Shown here piece by piece: positions 9,655 to 16,260 of a DNA stretch of 23,390 nt; within the stretch, counting starts at the first letter, position 1; each line of letters starts with the position of its first letter. The stretch is from Candidatus Brocadiia bacterium (GTDB lineage: Bacteria; Planctomycetota; Brocadiia; CAIUPP01). Location: assembly GCA_050015075.1 (NCBI GenBank), contig JBEKCB010000048.1, forward strand, positions 1 through 23,390, written 5' to 3'. The translations under genes were made by a program, and so were the position numbers. The notes under the pieces are model-generated. The model did no database searches. It saw nothing but the letters and a program-made list of their open reading frames with translations, and had not been told where the DNA came from.

Positions 9655-11861
9655 AATGGAAACGCTTCCTTTTCCTGTGGGTGATTCTTGTGCTTCTGGA
9701 CCTATTTAACTATTCCGCCGGGACTCTCCTTGCCAGCACAGGCAACTGGAACGTCGGCGCCCAGACCTCCGCGACGCCCGGGGGCTTTAATCCCTCCTTC
9801 GGCTGGCGGAAAACCGCATGCCCGGGCGTGAAGCCGGATGCTTATGGCGGAGTCCCTCTGAACTTCAACATAGCGACCTATGCCCGGAACATCGGGCATG
9901 CGAACCACAGCGTCCAAATCACCTTCGACGTCGGCGATTACACCTTCGTGGATTGGCCCGCCAACGAGAGCAAAGGCTTTCCATGCGGCACGCCGAGCTT
10001 CTTTGAAGTCGGTGTGATCCTGCGGTATGACCCGACCAGCGGAGATTACTACTTCGCAGAGGTCGTCGGAGCTGGCGGATGGTTCCAGTATCCGATCGTC
10101 GGCTGGACGACCGGCGTTGTGGCGATCGGCAAACGCGTCGGAGGCGTCACCACGATCCTGGCGGCGCAGAACATGGGCTTCGGTTCAGGCAAATTGGAAT
10201 GCTCGGTGTGCGGGCAAGAGCTGGTCGCCAGGGTGATGGGCGGCGACCTGACGACGCCTTGGGACTATGCCGAGAACCTGGAACTGGGCTATCCGGTCCT
10301 TGAGGTCAGTGATACGGACATTCCGAGCGGGACTTTCGGCGGCATGCTCGGCGAGGGCGACGGCAACACGGACGTGGGCGGCCCGATGTTTCCTCGGATC
10401 ACCTCCTGGATACAGCAGGCGGACGCCGACAAGACGATCCTGGTCGTGGACGCGAGTGGGAACGTTTACGCGGTGGACCGCATAAATGCCGGCCCGGGCG
10501 AGGTCTTTGTCGAGATGTTCGGCGCGCTCGATTTCGACCAGTACGCCACGGCGAATCAAGGCGACAGCGCGCTTCTCCTGGGGGCTTTCTCCGGCTGCGC
10601 GACCGGCTGCACGGCGGCCTGCACCGCCGGCTGTACGGCCAGTTGCACGGCGACCTGTACGTCCGGCTGCACCGCCAGTTGCACCACCGGCTGCGAGGGC
10701 AATTGCGAGGCGGCGTGCCAGACCGCGTGCGAAACCCAGGCTTGCCAGACGTCCTGCGAGACGCAGAATTGTCAGGCGGGCTGCACCGCGGGCTGCACGT
10801 TCTCCTGTACGGCCGGCTGCACTTCCGCGTGTACGGCCGGCTGCCAGATTCCCTGCGAATCCAGCGGGTGTCAGGGCGGCTGCACGGCGGGTTGCACGGC
10901 GGCGTGCACCGCGGGCTGTACGGCCTCCTGCACCGCCGGCTGCACGAACAGTTGCACGGCGGCCTGTACGAATTCCTGCACGAGCGGCTGCACGGCCACT
11001 TGCGCCGGCGGGTGCGTGAGCGGCTGTACGACGGGCTGCACTGCCGCCTGTACGGCCAGTTGCACGGCCGGTTGTACCTCCGAGTGTACGGATAGCTGCA
11101 CTGCCGAGTGCACGGCGGATTGTACTGCGGCCTGCACGGCAAGCTGCACCACGATCTGCGAGTCCGCCTGCGAAACCGGCTGCGAGACGCACACGTGCCA
11201 GACGGCGTGCGAAACCCAGGCGTGCCAGACGGCCTGCCAGACCCATACCTGCCAGACGGCGTGCGAAACCCAAGCGTGCCAAACGGCTTGCCAGACCCAT
11301 ACCTGCCAGACGGCGTGCGAAACCCAAGCGTGCCAAACGGCTTGCCAGACCCATACCTGCCAGACGGCCTGCGAGACCCAGACATGTCAGACGGCTTGCC
11401 AGACGCACACGTGCCAGACCGCCTGCGAAACTCAGGCGTGCCAGACGGCCTGCCAGACGCACACGTGCCAGACCGCTTGCGAGACCCAACCCTGCCAGAC
11501 GGCCTGCCAGACCCACACTTGCCAGACGGCCTGCGAAACCCAGTCGTGCCAGACGGCCTGCCAGACGCATCCGTGCCAGACGGCGTGCGAGACGGCGACC
11601 CAAATCATCTCGGCGGATTATTATTGCTGCAAATTACAGTTCTGGGGGGCAGCGGGACATCAGCCTGACAACACAACCTGTTCGGGATCGCCTTACGGCA
11701 CGACTTATTCATGTATGCAGGGCAGCAGCGTCATCGGTTTCGGTTCTGGGGCGTGCCACGTCACCGTAGCCGGCCAGAGTTGCAATATGGTCACGATTCT
11801 CGGTCCTGCATGGAGCACGTTGGCAGGTTGCCAGGGCGTGCCCTGCAATTCATCCACATAG
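9651..11861 (+). CDS. Putative tail fibre/structural protein with giant Cys-X3/X4 repeat (radical SAM target candidate)
   Basis: 736 aa: hydrophobic N-terminus, beta-rich globular domain (DLFN...NW), 53-aa leader-like segment, 79 periodic Cys (aa 316-646), Cys-containing C-terminal tip. Occupies the tail-fibre slot of the operon. Confidence 0.7.
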   Translation: MKWKRFLFLWVILVLLDLFNYSAGTLLASTGNWNVGAQTSATPGGFNPSFGWRKTACPGVKPDAYGGVPLNFNIATYARNIGHANHSVQITFDVGDYTFVDWPANESKGFPCGTPSFFEVGVILRYDPTSGDYYFAEVVGAGGWFQYPIVGWTTGVVAIGKRVGGVTTILAAQNMGFGSGKLECSVCGQELVARVMGGDLTTPWDYAENLELGYPVLEVSDTDIPSGTFGGMLGEGDGNTDVGGPMFPRITSWIQQADADKTILVVDASGNVYAVDRINAGPGEVFVEMFGALDFDQYATANQGDSALLLGAFSGCATGCTAACTAGCTASCTATCTSGCTASCTTGCEGNCEAACQTACETQACQTSCETQNCQAGCTAGCTFSCTAGCTSACTAGCQIPCESSGCQGGCTAGCTAACTAGCTASCTAGCTNSCTAACTNSCTSGCTATCAGGCVSGCTTGCTAACTASCTAGCTSECTDSCTAECTADCTAACTASCTTICESACETGCETHTCQTACETQACQTACQTHTCQTACETQACQTACQTHTCQTACETQACQTACQTHTCQTACETQTCQTACQTHTCQTACETQACQTACQTHTCQTACETQPCQTACQTHTCQTACETQSCQTACQTHPCQTACETATQIISADYYCCKLQFWGAAGHQPDNTTCSGSPYGTTYSCMQGSSVIGFGSGACHVTVAGQSCNMVTILGPAWSTLAGCQGVPCNSST
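10596..11594 (+). repeat. Coding tandem repeat: CTAx 4-mers, then 7 x 54-bp units (CQTA-CETQx-CQTA-CQTHT)
   Basis: Counted from the translation: 79 Cys-initiated units. 54-bp units run 11196-11573 with synonymous variation. Confidence 0.95.
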
Positions 11862-11869
11862 AGGGAAAG

Positions 11870-12292
11870 ATGGCTTGCGCGAACATCACGGCTGCGCGAA
11901 CGGCGCCGGACTCGGACCCGCCTTACACGGAGCATCAATGCTCACTCGTGGCGCAGTTCAGCGGCGATTCATTATTTCAGAACGGGTGGATCGCCGATGC
12001 GCCGTCAGCCGGCTGTTCCGGCTTAGATGACGGGGCGTCCATTTGCAGCGACGTCATCAATGCGTTTCTCAGCGTGCGCGTGAGCCTCATGTGGGAAAGG
12101 CCTGATGCGGCGTGCCCAACGTGCCTGAGCCTGCAGCAGGCCTTGGCGCTGATCGTGAGCCGGCAGGGGACGGCGGTCGCAGGACTGGTATTGGACGCGG
12201 CGGTGGGCGCGGGAATGCCGGCGGCGCAGGCGGAGGCGCTGGCGACGGCGAACGGAATCCCGCTGGACACAGATGACGGAGGTGGGACATGA
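11870..12292 (+). CDS. Hypothetical 140-aa protein (possible fibre chaperone or maturation accessory)
   Basis: ATG at 11870 with GAGGGA RBS right after the upstream stop. Acidic, contains CPTC. Its stop overlaps the rSAM start (ATGA). Confidence 0.65.
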   Translation: MACANITAARTAPDSDPPYTEHQCSLVAQFSGDSLFQNGWIADAPSAGCSGLDDGASICSDVINAFLSVRVSLMWERPDAACPTCLSLQQALALIVSRQGTAVAGLVLDAAVGAGMPAAQAEALATANGIPLDTDDGGGT

Positions 12293-13785
12293 GCACTCGA
12301 CGGCAGCGATGGGCGGCAATGGCTACGGGCCGGGCGGCCGTTCCCGTTCGCCGCGATCTGCGGAACTGTGCGCCGTGCCGAGGCAAGCTCCTGGCGACGA
12401 TGAAAGCGGAAATCGCTCAAACGGCTGCCCACACTCTCAAGCCGCTCAACGCGAAGCTGCAAAGCCGCCCCGACTTCATTCCCGCCGCGCCGAGGACCGA
12501 GGTCGTGAAACTGCCCGGGCACACGGTGCTCTACGACGTGCACAGCATGGCGGCCGTCGAGGTGGATGACAAGAGAATTGAACAGCCGGGCTGGGTGCAA
12601 AGCCTCCACGAGCACGGACTCAACTGCGCGGAGAAGCCGCAGTTCCGCTTCTTCCATCAGACGGAGTGCCTGTACCTGATCCTTGAGGCCACGCACGCCT
12701 GCAACCTCGCCTGCCAATACTGCTTCGTTCGGAACTACTACCCGGAACAGGGCGGGATGATGACGATGGACACGGCGCGCAAAGCCATTGATCTGCTCTC
12801 GCCCAAGCAGCCCGTGTCCGTCGGCTTCTTCGGCGGAGAGCCGCTGCTCAATTGGGACCTGATCGCCGGCGTCACGGCCTACGCCAAGGACCTCGCGGCG
12901 AAACGCGGCGTGGCCAGCCGGCTGCACATCACGACGAACGCGACGCTGCTCGACGAAGAGCGGATCCGATTCCTGGACGCGAACGGCTTCTCGCTGATCG
13001 TCAGCCTCGACGGCCCGGAGGAAATGCACAACCGAATGCGGCCGGGCAAGAGCGCCGCGCTGAACAGCCAGCAGGCCACGGTCGCCAATCTGCGGAAGTT
13101 CAAGGGACGCGGCCTGGCGCTCCGCACGACACTGCGCAGCACGTTCACCGGCGCGGGGATCGAGATGCTCCCGCGCATCGAATACCTCAACGCGCTGATT
13201 GAGGACGGCTGCGCGAGTCACATGAGCGTCGAGGCGTGCAGCCTGAACGAAACCGCCTGCCTGCGTCTGCCGGACGGTCACCCTCTGGCGATCACGCCGG
13301 CGCATTACGACGCGCTCGCGCAGGAGTATCACCTGGCTGCCAACTGGTATGTCGCCCAGGTGCGCGCCGGCAAGAGGCCGTCGCTGCAACAGTTCGCCTG
13401 GGCCCTGCGCCGCCTGCTCTACACGCAGCATTCCTGCACCGAGTGCGGCGCGGGTTGCGGATACCTGTCCGTGGACCCCGATGGCCATCTCTTCGCCTGC
13501 CATCGAGAGGGCAAGTCCGTCATCGGCCATCTGGACACCGGCGTGGACGAGGAGCTGCGGGCGAAGTGGAAGGACAACCGCTTCTATGCCCGGCCCGACT
13601 GCATCGTCTGCCCGATCAAGTACCTCTGCGGCGGGGGCTGCCGGATGAATTCCCTCGACCGCCACAACGACATCCGCCGGCCCGACGAGATGGACTGCTT
13701 CCTCAAGAGACGGATGTTCGAGGAAGCGCTCTGGATCATGTGCGAATTGGGGCCGGAGACATTGCGCGCCATTTTCCCAGGATGA
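12289..13785 (+). CDS. Radical SAM/SPASM peptide/protein maturase with N-terminal RRE-like region (SCIFF/ranthipeptide-maturase-like)
   Basis: CNLACQYC SAM motif, FFGGEPLLNW, TTNATLL, VSLDG; SPASM CGAG...V.PDG..F.CH and CIVCPIKYLCGGGC...C. GHTVLYDVHSMAAVEVDD resembles the RRE beta strands of SCIFF maturases such as CteB. Confidence 0.92.
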   Translation: MSTRRQRWAAMATGRAAVPVRRDLRNCAPCRGKLLATMKAEIAQTAAHTLKPLNAKLQSRPDFIPAAPRTEVVKLPGHTVLYDVHSMAAVEVDDKRIEQPGWVQSLHEHGLNCAEKPQFRFFHQTECLYLILEATHACNLACQYCFVRNYYPEQGGMMTMDTARKAIDLLSPKQPVSVGFFGGEPLLNWDLIAGVTAYAKDLAAKRGVASRLHITTNATLLDEERIRFLDANGFSLIVSLDGPEEMHNRMRPGKSAALNSQQATVANLRKFKGRGLALRTTLRSTFTGAGIEMLPRIEYLNALIEDGCASHMSVEACSLNETACLRLPDGHPLAITPAHYDALAQEYHLAANWYVAQVRAGKRPSLQQFAWALRRLLYTQHSCTECGAGCGYLSVDPDGHLFACHREGKSVIGHLDTGVDEELRAKWKDNRFYARPDCIVCPIKYLCGGGCRMNSLDRHNDIRRPDEMDCFLKRRMFEEALWIMCELGPETLRAIFPG

Positions 13786-13798
13786 AAAGGAACGCCAC

Positions 13799-14746
13799 AT
13801 GAATGTCCGCATCTTGCGAGAGGCTGGCGGGATCGGCGACATCCTCTGCACGCTGCCGGTCGCCCGCGCCGTCAAGGAGAAATGGCCCGGCGCGAAGCTG
13901 TATTACTTCGGCCTTCGGGATTACCGGGAGGTCCAGGAGCACTGTCCCGACGTGGACGTCCTCGTCCCCGTCGAGAGCCAGGGCCGCCGCGAGCGCGACA
14001 CCGACCCGGACCCGAAGCTTCACCCGTACCTGGCCGCTCCGGGCCTGCCGGAATTCGACATGACAATTGACCTCTGGTGCCCGGCTGCGCGCGAGGAACG
14101 AGCGAAGGCCCCGAACCTCGAGCACGGCCGGATCGAATCTTTCTGCATCGCCGCCGGTCTTACGCCGTCGGACTACGTGCCGCGTTACTTCGTGAGATAC
14201 GGTGAACAGGTCTGGGCGAAGGAATGGCTCGGCGCGGACGTGAAGCGGCCTGTCGTCGGCCTGGCGCCCTTCTGCACGAACAACATCCGGCGCGACTGGC
14301 CTCTGCCGCGATGGATTGAGTTGGCGACTGCACTGGAAGCTCGTGGGGCGACGGTCCTCGTCTTTCATACCTGGTTCAGCGCCGTGGCGGAAGTGCCGGG
14401 GCGGAAGGTCATCGGGGTTCCGATCTGGCAGCTGGGCGCGCTGACCGCCGAATGCGATGCCGTCGTCACGCCGGACTCCGGCCTCTTCCATTTCTCGGCC
14501 GCCGTCCACGCGCCGGCCATCGGTCTATTCGGCTCGACCCATGCCGACCAGACCGCCAAACACTATCCGCTGCACAGGACGATCTGGCCAAAGGGTGCCT
14601 CGCGTGACCACCAGTGTAGACCGCCGTGCCTGATGTTCGAGTGGCTCGGCTGCGACAACCAGTGTCGAACCCAGGGCTGTGAAATCCTCCAGAAGATCAC
14701 GGTCGAGGATGTTCTGAATGCAGTGAGAGAAAGGACACCACCGTGA
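13799..14746 (+). CDS. Glycosyltransferase family 9 (heptosyltransferase-like, GT-B) with C-terminal Cys cluster
   Basis: GGIGD..C.LP..RA.K.KWP, R.WP...W, VVTPDSG.FH.SAAV..P.IGLFG.T and CRPPC...C...C...C...ITVEDV motifs. Confidence 0.88.
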   Translation: MNVRILREAGGIGDILCTLPVARAVKEKWPGAKLYYFGLRDYREVQEHCPDVDVLVPVESQGRRERDTDPDPKLHPYLAAPGLPEFDMTIDLWCPAAREERAKAPNLEHGRIESFCIAAGLTPSDYVPRYFVRYGEQVWAKEWLGADVKRPVVGLAPFCTNNIRRDWPLPRWIELATALEARGATVLVFHTWFSAVAEVPGRKVIGVPIWQLGALTAECDAVVTPDSGLFHFSAAVHAPAIGLFGSTHADQTAKHYPLHRTIWPKGASRDHQCRPPCLMFEWLGCDNQCRTQGCEILQKITVEDVLNAVRERTPP

Positions 14747-15015
14747 GTAGAGGAAGCGAGGCGCGGGCGGCCTTGAAGGCCGAGTGCGAGGCGGCCATCG
14801 AGGACATCAAGCGCAACGGCCATCTGTCGAATTGCAAGGCGCATGACGCCCTTGCGCGCGGACAGATCGTGCTCCTGAGGTGCGAGATCGCCCGGCTGGA
14901 ATCCGACGGCAGGTCCGAAAGCCGGCACAGCCTGACTCGCATGTGGTCGGCGATCATCGCGCTGATTGTGACGGTTCTGGTCTCGTGGATTCAGTGGCAT
15001 TTTTGGGGCAAATGA
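14743..15015 (+). CDS. Small protein with C-terminal TM helix (holin-like or membrane protein)
   Basis: GTGA overlap, RBS AAAGGA, C-terminal MWSAIIALIVTVLVSWIQW. Confidence 0.55.
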   Translation: MSRGSEARAALKAECEAAIEDIKRNGHLSNCKAHDALARGQIVLLRCEIARLESDGRSESRHSLTRMWSAIIALIVTVLVSWIQWHFWGK

Positions 15016-15038
15016 TTTGCCCCGGAAGGGAGGGACGT

Positions 15039-15492
15039 ATGCGACGACTGTTTGCGTGCGTGGTGCTGGGCGTGGCGTTGGGCATGGTCGTAGGCTGCGC
15101 GGGCGCGCCGGTGCAGAAACCGACGCAGACCATCGCGCCGGACACGGCGACCGCCGCGAAGCTGGACAAGGTTTCGGCGGACGTGCTGGCTCTGACGCAG
15201 CAGAACCAGCAGGTGATCAACGCGGTGCAGAAGTCCGCCCAGGACGCCGACCTGTTCCGGACGCAGATCGGAGGTCAGGTGTCCAGCCTGAGCCAGTTTC
15301 AACAGCGGGTTGAGTCCTGGCTGGCAGAAGATGTTGGCGGTCATTGGCTGCTGGGCGTTCGCGTTCCTGCTTATCATCCTGGTGGGCAAGCTGGACCTGA
15401 ACTGGTGGATGGACGTGATCGTAACACTGTGCGTCCCGTTTCTGGTGCTCGGAGCGCCGTGGACGGTGCTCCATCAAAAGGCGCTGTTTTGA
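15039..15492 (+). CDS. Lipoprotein with coiled coil and C-terminal TM segments, split by a +1 frameshift near 15297 (spanin-like)
   Basis: MRRLFACVVLGVALGMVVG-C lipobox. The +1 frame opens at 15292 and encodes FNSGLSPGWQKMLAVIGCWAFAFLLIILVG...(two hydrophobic segments)...KALF*, stopping just before the next RBS. Confidence 0.5.
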
Positions 15493-15512
15493 AGAAGGGA
15501 GGTTTGACGCTC

Positions 15513-15713
15513 ATGGAGAAGCTGGAGTGGTTCGTCATCGGTGGGATCGTGTTCTCGCTTGGCCTGTCGGTGCTGTTCGGGTTCTGCCAGGCGGTCGGCG
15601 ATGCCATCGAGACGAAGGAGCACAACGTCATCGTGCTCATCGTCAACTGGGTCAAGGCGGCCTGGCAGCGGCTCTTCGGGAAGAAGACGGCCGCTCCCAC
15701 GAGCGGAAGCTAA
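15513..15713 (+). CDS. 66-aa membrane protein (holin-like)
   Basis: Own GGAGG RBS (15498-15502). MEKLEWFVIGGIVFSLGLSVLFGF TM segment, amphipathic second helix, basic tail. Confidence 0.6.
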   Translation: MEKLEWFVIGGIVFSLGLSVLFGFCQAVGDAIETKEHNVIVLIVNWVKAAWQRLFGKKTAAPTSGS

Positions 15714-15736
15714 CGAAAAAGGGTAGTCGGAGGAAC

Positions 15737-15768
15737 GAGCGGGCCGAGCCGAAGGGTTCGGCCCGCTC
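15737..15768 (+). terminator. Hairpin ending the phage late operon
   Basis: GAGCGGGCCGAGCC-gaag-GGTTCGGCCCGCTC: 14-bp stem with one G-U pair, 23 nt after the stop. Weak U-tract. Confidence 0.65.
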
Positions 15769-15806
15769 CGTATTCGTGCGCCATTCATAGCGCGCGCTCG
15801 GCGACC

Positions 15807-16260
15807 AGGGGCGCGACGGTCTTCGTCTTTCACACGTGGTTTAGCGCTGTTGCAGACGTGCCGGGCCGCAAGGTCATCGGGGTTCCGATCTGGCAACTCA
15901 GCGCGCTGGTCGCCGAAAGCGACCTGATTGTGACGCCCGATTTCGGCCTATTCCATCTATCGGCAGCTGTCCACGTGCCGGCCATCGGCCTTTTCGGCTC
16001 GACTCACGCCGAGCACATTTTCAAGCACTACGCGCTTGCACAAGACCATCTGGCCGAAGGACGCGCCTCGCGCCTACAAGTGCAAGCCGCCATGCATGAT
16101 GTTCGAGTGGCTCGGATGCGACAACCAGTGTCGAACCCAGGGCTGCGAGATTCTCCAGAAGATCACGGTCGAGGAAGTTCTGAACGCAGTGCAGGGACAA
16201 CGGGACATGCAATCTATGCACCAACGCGGGACCTGGTCACCCCACGGTAGTGATAGATGA
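15807..16260 (+). pseudogene. 5'-truncated, frameshifted second copy of the GT9 C-terminal half
   Basis: RGATVFVFHTWFSAVADVPGRKVIGVPIWQL...CDNQCRTQGCEILQKITVE matches about 14342-14725. One extra base near 16035. DSG changed to DFG. Confidence 0.88.

Noticed and set aside
11196-11594. Regular DNA repeats as a CRISPR array
   Set aside because: No unique spacers; variation is mostly synonymous within an open frame; no cas genes.
10185-11668. Alternative-frame repetitive ORFs (RLAG, LHG, PDG repeats)
   Set aside because: By-products of the Cys repeat; third-position variation preserves the Cys frame.
11711-11869. Upstream extension of the 193-aa ORF
   Set aside because: Overlaps the fibre gene; ATG 11870 with RBS is the better start.
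12289-13785. Anaerobic sulfatase maturase assignment
   Set aside because: No sulfatase nearby; RRE-like N-terminus and adjacent Cys-repeat substrate favour a peptide/protein maturase, pending phylogeny.
11977-13875. 632-aa antisense ORF
   Set aside because: Shadow of the radical SAM gene.
14880-15038. Upstream extension of the 277-aa ORF
   Set aside because: Overlaps the preceding gene; ATG 15039 has a GGAGG RBS and gives a clean lipoprotein signal.
9493-16195. Diversity-generating retroelement TR/VR pairs (53-aa duplicate or GT9 duplicate)
   Set aside because: Differences are not adenine-specific and there is no reverse transcriptase in the window.
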